DNA from: Promethearchaeota archaeon
GTDB lineage: Archaea; Asgardarchaeota; Lokiarchaeia; Sigyniarchaeales; SOKP01
Reading direction: 5' to 3'
DNA: 64,000 nt
Assembly: GCA_016839745.1 (NCBI GenBank)
Contig: JAEOTS010000025.1
Location: 1 to 64,000, forward strand
The notes under the pieces are model-generated. The model worked only from the letters and a program-made list of their open reading frames with translations. It was not told where the DNA came from and made no database searches. A program made the position numbers and the translations under genes. Shown here piece after piece: positions 1 to 8,903 of the stretch; the stretch's first letter is position 1, and each line of letters opens with the position of its first letter.

Positions 1-1517
1 AATTTAACTAATTCTTTGTATTTATTTACCGTTTTTCCTTCTGATTCAATCTCAGAGAGGATATCAAGGGCTTTTTTAGTTTTACCGTTCAGAATAGAAG
101 AAATGGCAGCCATCACATATGATTGAACGATATGAGAGTATCCAATTTTCTTTATATTCGCCGCTCGATAGTAATAACGATACACATTTTTAAGCATCTC
201 GTTAACCAGAAAGTCTTTTGCGGTGTCGAGTTGTTGATAAAATTTTATGCTTTCCATAATAAGAGTAGCTGCTGTATAAAATTGTTTATTTTTTAGTCCT
301 TCTTTGGCAATAATGTTTAAACCTCTAACAATCTGGTTGAAAATACCAAATCTATTATATTCTAAGCTTCCTTCAACAGCTATATCATACGCGTTTAAAT
401 AACACTCTGTTGAATCGTTCACATTCTCAATTTTCCAATAATTATCACCGGCTTTTACGTAATGCTTATAAGTCATCTCAAAATTGTCTAACTCCTTAAA
501 TGTCACCGCTGCATTAAAAAAATTTGTCGCGGCTTCATTGAAATCCTCAATCCCCTCAGAATAATTTCCAGCCAAAACAAAACAAGAAGCAGATTCAATT
601 AGATTATTATGAATTTCTTGATAACATAATGCTGCCCCGCGATAATACCTTGCAATTTTGTAAAAATTTTCTTTCTTTTTTTCTAATCTTTCTGCTAAAT
701 TGATATAGGCACCAGCTTCTTTCTTAGAATAGTTAATAAATTGTTCTTCATCATCGATAATTTGATAGAGAGATTTTAAAACTTGTGAAATTTGAGATAT
801 TGCTAGATTATCATTTTTTTCTTCAAAAGTTTGAAAAAGTAACGAGAAAAACTCTATTCCATCGTAAATCATGCTGTTAGATTTATCGATCTCGTCTACC
901 TCTTGATAGCATGACGAAATTTGTTTATAAGAATAAGAAAGTAAATCAAAATATTGATAATCTTTTGCGATATTGACTACATTTAAATAATATTTTATTG
1001 CGTTTTTAAAATCATTAAATTTAAGGTATAATCCAGCAATATTTTCATAATTTTGAGCCAGCTTTCTTGTTTCATTAAATTCTTTTAATATTTTACTTTC
1101 TTGCTTCAGGTAATTAATACTTCCTAAGATATTCTTTCTACAAGACTTAGGCTCGTTTAATTTTTCATATAAATCTGCGATTCGTAAGAAAATCTCTGCT
1201 ACCTCATGTAACTTTCCTTGAAGTTTAAATGAGTTTATCTGATTGTTCCAAAATTTAACTATTAATTTATATAACTTAGCAGATTGAACAGAAGCAATTT
1301 TTTCTAATAATTCTGTTATTGAATAGAGAAATTCACCAGCTTCAAAAAGTTCTCCAGAATCAGCAATTTCAATTGCAGATAAAATAGAATCATTTATCGT
1401 TTTTTGGATAAGGTTGTTCTTTTTCTTCTCGTTTTTGATTGTTTCAATTTGCATTAAGGATTCTCTTATACTCTCGATATCATCGCCATAATCGCTAAAT
1501 GTGTCCTCCTGAAGAAT
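1..1517 (-). CDS. TPR/alpha-SNAP-like helical repeat protein (runs off left edge of window)
   Basis: Not in the ORF track. Manual translation of the - strand gives an open frame of ~500 codons with SNAP/TPR-like units (IARYYRGAALCYQE, SASCFVLAGNY, AATNFFNAAVTF, YVKAGDNYW). First ATG at 1454; an in-frame ATT at 1517 follows an SD-like element. Confidence 0.75.
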   Translation of the reverse strand, partial: MLQEDTFSDYGDDIESIRESLMQIETIKNEKKKNNLIQKTINDSILSAIEIADSGELFEAGEFLYSITELLEKIASVQSAKLYKLIVKFWNNQINSFKLQGKLHEVAEIFLRIADLYEKLNEPKSCRKNILGSINYLKQESKILKEFNETRKLAQNYENIAGLYLKFNDFKNAIKYYLNVVNIAKDYQYFDLLSYSYKQISSCYQEVDEIDKSNSMIYDGIEFFSLLFQTFEEKNDNLAISQISQVLKSLYQIIDDEEQFINYSKKEAGAYINLAERLEKKKENFYKIARYYRGAALCYQEIHNNLIESASCFVLAGNYSEGIEDFNEAATNFFNAAVTFKELDNFEMTYKHYVKAGDNYWKIENVNDSTECYLNAYDIAVEGSLEYNRFGIFNQIVRGLNIIAKEGLKNKQFYTAATLIMESIKFYQQLDTAKDFLVNEMLKNVYRYYYRAANIKKIGYSHIVQSYVMAAISSILNGKTKKALDILSEIESEGKTVNKYKELVK

Positions 1518-1788
1518 CTGAGATCAACCCTATTAATAATGCTTTAATTTATGCATTAAAATTAAAAAACACATAAAAAATAATGGTTTTAAGAAAAGAA
1601 TAGAAAAATTTTTAATTCTAGATTAACAAAATCTAAATTATTCAACACAAACACAAAACTGAGATAAATATAACGATTTAAATTTCTTTAGTATTAAAAC
1701 TCCACATTTATTGATTTCTTGAATTAATTTTAAATACTAAAAAGGTTTTATTTATAATAGTTAAATTAACATCATGAGGTAATACAAA

Positions 1789-1998
1789 TTGAAACAAACA
1801 GCAGATATTTTAGAAACAGGTATTATTGAAACCTATATTCCCGAGCGGAAAATGTTAGTTAAGGATTTACTCAGAGAGTTAAATCTGGAAGGGAAGTATT
1901 TTGGAATACTCATAAACGGGAAGAAAGCCGACGAAGACACTGAAATTTCTCCTAAAGATGACATTACAATACTTCCCCACATTGCTGGTGGGAACTAG
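1789..1998 (+). CDS. ThiS/MoaD/SAMP-family ubiquitin-like sulfur carrier
   Basis: 69 aa beta-grasp pattern (ILINGK...DDITILPHIAGG) ending in GG-N; TTG start after GAGGT. Confidence 0.85.
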   Translation: MKQTADILETGIIETYIPERKMLVKDLLRELNLEGKYFGILINGKKADEDTEISPKDDITILPHIAGGN

Positions 1999-2033
1999 AA
2001 ATAATTCATATCCTCTTATTTTTCTAAAGTATT

Positions 2034-3014
2034 TTAATCTAAAGATATTCTCATTAGATCTATAGCTAAAATAGAGTTGGGGAATACTTCTTTAGCATCT
2101 TCTAATAATTTATTAGCGTCTTCTTGATATCTTGACGATATGTGCGTTAATATTAATTGTTTTGCTCCCATTTTTTTTGCATCAGTAGCAGCATCTACAC
2201 TAGTAGAATGCAGTTTTTCCTGAGCAACATCAGAAAGGTCTTTTGAAAAAGTTGCTTCGTGAATTAATATATCAGAATTTTTTCCTAATTCTATTAAGTT
2301 TTCGCAAGGGACTGTGTCTCCTGAGTATGTTACTTTTCTCCCGGGTCTTTTTGGACCTACAATTCCTTCTTTAACGGGATTAATTGTTTTTCCTTCATAT
2401 TCGATATTTTCCCCTTCCTGTAATTTCTTCCAAAGTTTACTCTGAGGGATTCCAAGTTCAATTACTCTTTCAGGTTTAAATTTACCATAACGAGGTTTCT
2501 CGACGAATGAATAAGCAAAAGTTAACACTGAATGATGAACTTCTGTATATTTGAGAGTGTATTTATCGTTTTCATAGATAATATCATTTTTTAAGTCAAC
2601 TTCTTTACTTGGGATTTCGGAGTCTAGACTTTCGAAGATAATTAATTTCTTATTTTCATTATCGATTTCTACTATACTAATGGGATAATTTGCTTTAAGT
2701 CCGAGTATTTTTTTATGGATAAATAAATAGAGAAAAAGGTTTCTCGGTCCAAAAATTGTAATAGGAGCAGTTCTATGGTTTAATCCGAACCTAAATAAAA
2801 GGCCTGGAAGCCCAATAATGTGGTCCCCATGAAAGTGTGAAATTAATATTTTTAAAGATTTGTTGAATTTTAAACCTGCCTCAACAAATTTTCTTTGGAG
2901 ATCTTCCCCACAATCAAATAACAGGAGTTCATTTTTGTATTTAAGAGCAGTAGAAGGAAGATTTCTTTCGCGAACGGGAATTGCAGCGGAAGAACCTAAG
3001 ATTATTAATTCCAT
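2034..3014 (-). CDS. rnz: Ribonuclease Z
   Basis: LLFDCGE, SHFHGDH metallo-beta-lactamase motif, flexible arm, YSGDT, HEATF, HST, LTHISSRY. Confidence 0.95.
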   Translation of the reverse strand: MELIILGSSAAIPVRERNLPSTALKYKNELLLFDCGEDLQRKFVEAGLKFNKSLKILISHFHGDHIIGLPGLLFRFGLNHRTAPITIFGPRNLFLYLFIHKKILGLKANYPISIVEIDNENKKLIIFESLDSEIPSKEVDLKNDIIYENDKYTLKYTEVHHSVLTFAYSFVEKPRYGKFKPERVIELGIPQSKLWKKLQEGENIEYEGKTINPVKEGIVGPKRPGRKVTYSGDTVPCENLIELGKNSDILIHEATFSKDLSDVAQEKLHSTSVDAATDAKKMGAKQLILTHISSRYQEDANKLLEDAKEVFPNSILAIDLMRISLD

Positions 3015-3034
3015 AAAGCTTCATTTGGTATCCA

Positions 3035-4363
3035 TTATTTACTTTTTCTTAATTGAGAAATTTCTAACCTTTGTTGAATATTTTGTTTGTTCAAATCATC
3101 AACCAAACTTTGGAGTTCTTTAAGTCTTAAATTGGATTCGGGACTAACAGTTTGAGTTGCTTGAGTTTGAGTTGTTTGAGTTTGAAATCTAAGCGAATCT
3201 AAGTCAGCCTTTAATTCGTTAGTTTTTTGATCCTTTAATTTGAGTTGGTTATTCAATTCCTCATATTTTCTTTTTATCCTTATTGCCTCGTTTTTGATTG
3301 TAGCAATTTCTTCTTCTTTAGTTTTAATTGCATGTTTTGATTCATCTAGTTGTTGTTGTAAAAAGCTTGCCATTTCTCTTTGAATTTTTAATTTTCCTCC
3401 AACATCTCCTTGAGGTAGAGTATCTGTGGGGATATTTTGATTTGTAGTAAGTTGTTGCTTAAGGTTTGTAATTTGCGTTTTTGATTTATTTAATTTACTT
3501 GTTAATTCTTCAACTACTTTTTTTAATGAATCAGGTCCGGATAAGCTTTCCAAATGTATCGCCGAAGTATTAAGCTTTTCAATTTCTTTATTCTTATATT
3601 CTAATTCTCCAGATAATTGGGATATTTTATCTTTTAACTCCCGAACATTTTTATCTTCTTTTGGTTCTTTCTTCTTCTTATCTTTTTTCTCGTATTTATC
3701 TAACTTCTTCTTTAATTCTTCATTTTGTCTCTTTAGTTTATTAAGTGAACTCTGTAGTTCTTCTAGGAGGCTTTTTGAAATGTCCCTGCTGGTTTCTTTT
3801 GGTTCTACTTCCATTTGAATAGGTTTTTTTTCTAAATTCTCCTTTAAATCGGCAATTTGATCAGTTAGCATTTCAATATTTTTATCCTTTTCTATCAATT
3901 TTTCGTTAAATTCATCGCTTCCAATATCTTTACTTTTCAATCTCCTAATTAATGATTCTTGCTTGTTAATTTTATCTTGCAATTCATGGAGGAGGAGATT
4001 TAGAGGTGCTTTCTCCTTTTCTCTTAACTCTTCGACACTAATGACAGAAGTAGTACTAGATTTTTTAATTTCAAGATCGAGTTTCTTTTGTAATTCTATT
4101 TTTTCCATCCTTAGAAAACCCATTCTATCTTTTAGTTCTCTGATTTCTCGATCTTTTGCATCTAATTCAAGGTTTAATTTTTCTTCCTTTGCTTTTTTTA
4201 TTTTTGATTTTGGAGCTTTTTCATCGAACATTTCCTCATAGTTCATAATTTCTACTTCAAGCGTTTCAATTTTATCAAGGTATGTATTAATTTGTTCATC
4301 CCTTTCTATTAATTCTGATTCTAAATCGTTAATTTTCTTCTTTAAGCTCTCTTCTTCTGTCAT
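3035..4363 (-). CDS. Long coiled-coil protein, function unknown
   Basis: 442 aa, E/K/L/Q-rich heptads throughout, no catalytic motif. Confidence 0.75.
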   Translation of the reverse strand: MTEEESLKKKINDLESELIERDEQINTYLDKIETLEVEIMNYEEMFDEKAPKSKIKKAKEEKLNLELDAKDREIRELKDRMGFLRMEKIELQKKLDLEIKKSSTTSVISVEELREKEKAPLNLLLHELQDKINKQESLIRRLKSKDIGSDEFNEKLIEKDKNIEMLTDQIADLKENLEKKPIQMEVEPKETSRDISKSLLEELQSSLNKLKRQNEELKKKLDKYEKKDKKKKEPKEDKNVRELKDKISQLSGELEYKNKEIEKLNTSAIHLESLSGPDSLKKVVEELTSKLNKSKTQITNLKQQLTTNQNIPTDTLPQGDVGGKLKIQREMASFLQQQLDESKHAIKTKEEEIATIKNEAIRIKRKYEELNNQLKLKDQKTNELKADLDSLRFQTQTTQTQATQTVSPESNLRLKELQSLVDDLNKQNIQQRLEISQLRKSK

Positions 4364-4452
4364 TTTCGCACCTTACAATTTAATTAGAAATAATAATTTT
4401 ATATTATTTATATAAAATCAGTTTTTTAATCTTTTTCTTTCCGAAAATAAAA

Positions 4453-6366
4453 TTAATACATATCGAAATCTTTGATAGTAAATTTCTTTATTCTCCCAAG
4501 TATAGGAAAGAGGCTCAAGTAATTGAAGATTAAAAAAGCTACAAAAAGAATTCCACTAATAATAAAAGGAATTGAAATATGAGGTAAATAAGCTCTATAC
4601 AATAGAATTGTGGAATTCAATATCATTCCAATGGCCAAACTTAATAGAAGCGAAGGGATAATTATATAAAGAGCTTCTAAGAAGAGAATTCTCTTAATTG
4701 ATTTATACTGTGACCCGACTGCCCTCATAATTAAGAAATCTTTAGCTTTTTCTAAAATATTACCTTTTTGGTAATTATATAAAGAAATAATTGAAATAAT
4801 GGCCATCATAATAATAATTAGAGAGGGATATAAAGTTAAACTATTAAGGAAATCGTAATTAATCTCGAAAATTTGATTTAAATTAATATAACTGAAATTT
4901 CCTCCGAGATTTGCATTAATAATTGATTCGATGATCCCAATTATATTATTATATTCACCAGATTTAACTTTTAATAAAAGTAGATTAATCTCATTCGAGC
5001 TATAATTTAACTCTCCTTGCATAACTTTTAAATCTATATAGCCTGCGAATCCACTATAAAAACTGTCTATCACTACACCAGAAACGTGAAAGGAGTGACC
5101 TAAACCTAAATCCTCAATTCTCATACTCTGATCTAAAGGATAATCGAAAAAATTATTACCTAATCCATCCCCAATCATCATATAGATTGGATCAGCCTCC
5201 TCAAAATAGTTCCCATCCATTTCGAAATCTTGAATTATTTCAGTGGTATTTATTCCGACAATTGGAATAGACGCTGAACGCTGTTGCCCGGCAACTATAT
5301 ACCCTCCATTTTCAAGAAAATGATAACCATCCAATTCTGTGACACTGAAAAAGCTAATTAACCGTTGATCAATTTCTTCAATCTCAGAAATATTCAAAAG
5401 ATCTTCGACATCACTAAGATTGAATAAGTAATTTGGATCGAAAAAATCAATATCGTTCTCAGTAATAATGATTTCCGGGCTAGAAAACATAGAATACATT
5501 GAAGTATAGTTTTGAATGACATTCCTATGACCAATAGCAATAACATCTGTACCTTGAGATTTTGCTATCCATTCTTGAGATGAATTACTTAATACGCTAC
5601 TACCTAACCCTAATGTAAAAATTATTAAGGAAATTATGGAAAAAACTATTATATATCTCTTAAATTCACCTTTTCTTCTAATTGTATTAATTATAGAAAT
5701 TTTAAAATTATAGCCAATTGAGCTCAACCATCTTGGGATTGATGTAAGTTTTTTTGAAGCATCATAATTATATGAAATATCTCTTGAAAACAATTTAATA
5801 GTATTTTGGGTTCCTATTTTCCTTAAAAGTACACCAGGAACAATATATATTCCTCCAAGACATGAAAAAAACAAAATTGGAGTAAAAATATAATCAATTT
5901 GAAATGATGTAAAAATTCCAAAAAATGGAGCTACGAACGCGAGAATACCGTACGAAATATATCCGATTATTAAACCTAATAGAAAACCAATAATAAACAC
6001 GAGATAAGCTTCGGTCAAATAAAAACTATACAATTTTTTAGGTAGAGATCCCAATGCTTTCATAATAGCAATGTCACGCTTTTTGTTAATAATTAGAGTA
6101 CTAGTAACAATTATCACCACAGCAAAAGCCATAATTAACATCAGGATGAGAACAAGCGTAGTAAAATCTGTATATACAATACTGATCCCTCCAGAGAAAT
6201 AATAGGCGTTTTCATAATTATATGTTATAAACGTATTAAAACCTATTGCCGATATAAAATTTATTAAGAATATTGTTAAGGCAATAACTAAAGCAATCAT
6301 TAATGTGTAAGAAAAAGTCGTTTCCCGTTTCCTATAGAAATCTTTTATAGCAAAATCAAACGAAAT
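4453..6366 (-). CDS. ABC transporter permease, FtsX/MacB family
   Basis: Two FtsX-type TM blocks (RDIAIMKALGS; LIMRAVGS) around an extracytoplasmic domain. The frame extends upstream of ATG 6300 to ATT 6366 (ISFDFAIKDFYRKR). Confidence 0.85.
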   Translation of the reverse strand: MSFDFAIKDFYRKRETTFSYTLMIALVIALTIFLINFISAIGFNTFITYNYENAYYFSGGISIVYTDFTTLVLILMLIMAFAVVIIVTSTLIINKKRDIAIMKALGSLPKKLYSFYLTEAYLVFIIGFLLGLIIGYISYGILAFVAPFFGIFTSFQIDYIFTPILFFSCLGGIYIVPGVLLRKIGTQNTIKLFSRDISYNYDASKKLTSIPRWLSSIGYNFKISIINTIRRKGEFKRYIIVFSIISLIIFTLGLGSSVLSNSSQEWIAKSQGTDVIAIGHRNVIQNYTSMYSMFSSPEIIITENDIDFFDPNYLFNLSDVEDLLNISEIEEIDQRLISFFSVTELDGYHFLENGGYIVAGQQRSASIPIVGINTTEIIQDFEMDGNYFEEADPIYMMIGDGLGNNFFDYPLDQSMRIEDLGLGHSFHVSGVVIDSFYSGFAGYIDLKVMQGELNYSSNEINLLLLKVKSGEYNNIIGIIESIINANLGGNFSYINLNQIFEINYDFLNSLTLYPSLIIIMMAIISIISLYNYQKGNILEKAKDFLIMRAVGSQYKSIKRILFLEALYIIIPSLLLSLAIGMILNSTILLYRAYLPHISIPFIISGILFVAFLIFNYLSLFPILGRIKKFTIKDFDMY

Positions 6367-6410
6367 GTAATTAACACCAGATTTTTATAATTTTAAATTT
6401 AAGTTTTAAC

Positions 6411-7157
6411 TTATTCATCCTTGATTATTTTTCCATCCTCAAAAGATATAATTCGATTTGCAAGTTCGATTAGAAAATCATCGTGAGTGGCAATAACAAT
6501 TGTTTTATTATCTTTCTTCATGTCATTAAAGAGATCTCGTATAAACAAACTTGTTTTTTTATCTAAATTTGCAGTAGGTTCGTCTGCTAAAATTATCTCA
6601 GGATCATTCGCTAAAGCTCTTGCTATTGCTACTCTCTGTTGTTCACCAGCTGAAAGTTGGAACGGAAGATGTTCTCTTCTTTCTCCTAAACCCACTTGTT
6701 TCAATAGACTCACCGCTTTTTCTCTTTGTTCTTTTAAATTCAAACCAGCTAATTTCATAGGGAACATTACATTTTCTTCAGCAGTTAGAGTGCTAATAAG
6801 GTTATAATTTTGAAAAATGAATCCCACATTTATTAACCTAAATGTGGCAAGAGATTCTTCCTGCAAATTAGTTATTTTAACCCCATTTGAATAAATTACT
6901 CCCCCATTAGGAGAGTCAAGCCCGCCTATCAAATTTAATAAAGTAGTTTTACCAGCTCCAGATGGACCTTTTATTATTACAAAATCGGATTCCTTTATTC
7001 TTAAGGAGACATCATCAACAGCTCTTACAATGAATTCACCAATTTCATAGTCTTTAACTAAATGATTCGCTAAAATAACAATATTGTTCGTTTTAACTTC
7101 TTCTAAAAGGTCGATATCCTCAATATCTTGAGGTTCTTCAAGAAATTCTTTCTCCAT
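6411..7157 (-). CDS. ABC transporter ATP-binding protein, LolD/MacB family
   Basis: Walker A GPSGAGKT, signature LSAGEQQRV, Walker B ILADEPT, H-loop ATHD. Confidence 0.95.
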   Translation of the reverse strand: MEKEFLEEPQDIEDIDLLEEVKTNNIVILANHLVKDYEIGEFIVRAVDDVSLRIKESDFVIIKGPSGAGKTTLLNLIGGLDSPNGGVIYSNGVKITNLQEESLATFRLINVGFIFQNYNLISTLTAEENVMFPMKLAGLNLKEQREKAVSLLKQVGLGERREHLPFQLSAGEQQRVAIARALANDPEIILADEPTANLDKKTSLFIRDLFNDMKKDNKTIVIATHDDFLIELANRIISFEDGKIIKDE

Positions 7158-7374
7158 TTTTAATCCTATTTCACATTCTTTTTCGAATTCTTCTTTCTAT
7201 AATTTTTAGTTCTTTAAAATCTTATGCTATGAATTAAGCTATAGAGTCAATATTAGGTTGAAATTTTCTATCTAATTTCTAGATGAATATATAAATACCA
7301 TAGAAAGAAAATTAATAACAAATTAAAATTTAAAACATTATCCTGCAGAAATTCTCTCTTAGATCAACATAAAA

Positions 7375-7537
7375 CAAAAAAAAGGAGAAAGAGAGAAGCC
7401 GGAAATTGAGCAGGTTGCCCTGCAAGATTTTGGGATAAAATTTAGTTCCGTACGTTACCATTTAAATGTTCCCTTCAACGGGGAAAACCCGAGGAAATAG
7501 GAAATTAGGGGATATTTTTATTTGCGACTTCCTCTCT
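7375..7537 (-). ncRNA. Candidate structured non-coding RNA (~160 nt), family not recognised
   Basis: BRE/TATA (AAAAAGTTTATATA, - strand 7573-7560) 23 nt upstream; 5' AGAGAG(G)AAGUCG pairs with 3' CGGCUUCUCUCU; GCAGG-GCAA-CCUGC GNRA hairpin; second hairpin UUCCC...GGGAA; ends in an oligo-U tract. Confidence 0.6.
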
Positions 7538-7559
7538 AAACTACAATGTAACGCGGCAC

Positions 7560-7573
7560 TATATAAACTTTTT
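7560..7573 (-). promoter_or_regulatory. Archaeal BRE/TATA promoter, possibly bidirectional
   Basis: TTTATATA preceded by a purine run on the - strand; TATATAAA on the + strand; flanked by the inverted 10-mer TAAACTACAA/TTGTAGTTTA. Confidence 0.55.
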
Positions 7574-7721
7574 CAATATTTTACTATTTTGTAGTTTAAA
7601 CCGTTAAGTCTGAGCTTCTCTCTATTTCCTTTTTTTTGGAGAGATTATACTATATTGTCCTAATTATATTGGAAAATATTTATCTTAAGTAAGATATTTT
7701 ATTATTAAATATATACAAATC

Positions 7722-8369
7722 ATGGATTTTATTATGGATTTTGAGAAGTTAACAGAACTAATAATTGAATTAGAAGTAGATGATATTGAAGCTGCTGTAA
7801 AGGAAGCGTTGGAAGTAGATGGGAAGGAACCTTTTGATATTCTAAATGCTTTAACTAAAGGAATGGACGAGGTAGGGCGTAGATACGAAGAAAAAGAATA
7901 TTATCTTACTGAACTCGTACTCGCTGGCGAAACAATGAAAGAAGCGTTTAAAGTGCTCCAACCAGCTTTAGCGGCATCAGATCAATCGCAAGATAAGATT
8001 AAAATCATCCTCGCAACTGTAAAGGGCGATAACCATGACATAGGTAAGAACATCCTAGGCTCATTATTACTAAGTTCTGGTTTTGAATTGTTTGACTTAG
8101 GAATGGATGTTGATGAAAATGTTATAGTGGATAAAGTGAGGGAAACTGGGGCTCATATTGTTGCTTTAAGTTCCTTGTTAACAATGACAGTTGAACAAAT
8201 TAAGGCGGTTCACGAGGCTTTAATCGCAGCCGGACTTCGGGATTCAGTAAAATTGATAGTTGGTGGAGCGCCTTTGAATATGGAACTTGCCCAAAAGCTA
8301 GGTGCAGACCTATTCGCAGACGATGCTGTTTCAGGTGTAAAAGTAATCAAAGAAGCATTTGGAATATAA
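7722..8369 (+). CDS. Corrinoid (B12-binding) protein, MtaC/MtbC/MttC-like
   Basis: B12-binding cap domain plus DNHDIG (DxHxxG), SSL and VGGA motifs. Confidence 0.92.
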   Translation: MDFIMDFEKLTELIIELEVDDIEAAVKEALEVDGKEPFDILNALTKGMDEVGRRYEEKEYYLTELVLAGETMKEAFKVLQPALAASDQSQDKIKIILATVKGDNHDIGKNILGSLLLSSGFELFDLGMDVDENVIVDKVRETGAHIVALSSLLTMTVEQIKAVHEALIAAGLRDSVKLIVGGAPLNMELAQKLGADLFADDAVSGVKVIKEAFGI

Positions 8370-8620
8370 TTCACTTTTTATCTATTTTTATTTTTAAACT
8401 TTCAAACTTTATTATCTCAAATCTGAGATTTATAAATTATAAAGTCGCTTTATATGAAGTTGATTTTTCCAATTTTAAATGACAAAAAAGGTGTTTAAAA
8501 TATAATAAGAACTTTTATCTTCTTAAGGAAAGTATATCTCATAGGAGAATTATAAATTAAATTAATTCTAAATACAAAAAATCTTTATATAACATATACA
8601 AGTAATAGAAGGTTGTTAAA

Positions 8621-8872
8621 ATGTCTGGAGATAAAAAGGAGATCGAATACGACGAAGAATTAGATACGAGAGGTTTGTTTTGTCCAGAGCCATTATTTGA
8701 AGTTAGAAATTTTTCAGAAACCCTGGATGTTGGTCAGTGTTTTAAAGTTTTAGCGGACGATCCAGCAGCGGAAGAAGATTTAACAAGATGGGCGAAGAGA
8801 ACAGGAACAGAATTGGTAGAATTGGTGAAAGATGGAGAAGATCTGATATTTTACTTCAAGAAAAAGAAATAG
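8621..8872 (+). CDS. tusA: TusA/SirA-family sulfurtransferase
   Basis: LDTRGLFCPEP motif, DDPAA, 83 aa. Confidence 0.9.
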   Translation: MSGDKKEIEYDEELDTRGLFCPEPLFEVRNFSETLDVGQCFKVLADDPAAEEDLTRWAKRTGTELVELVKDGEDLIFYFKKKK

Positions 8873-8903
8873 TAAGCTAAAAACGCTAATAGAGGATAAA
8901 ATT

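Noticed and set aside
3035-4363. SMC/Rad50 or intermediate-filament homolog
   Set aside because: No Walker motifs, hinge or filament consensus; only a generic coiled coil can be supported
7330-7460. 43-codon - strand ORF (MVTYGTKFYP...) overlapping the ncRNA candidate
   Set aside because: Runs through the U-tract terminator, is Phe/Leu-rich low-information sequence and has no recognisable motif
7380-7560. Cobalamin riboswitch upstream of the corrinoid gene
   Set aside because: No B12-box consensus recognised; the G-U pair, GNRA loop and U-tract favour the opposite strand
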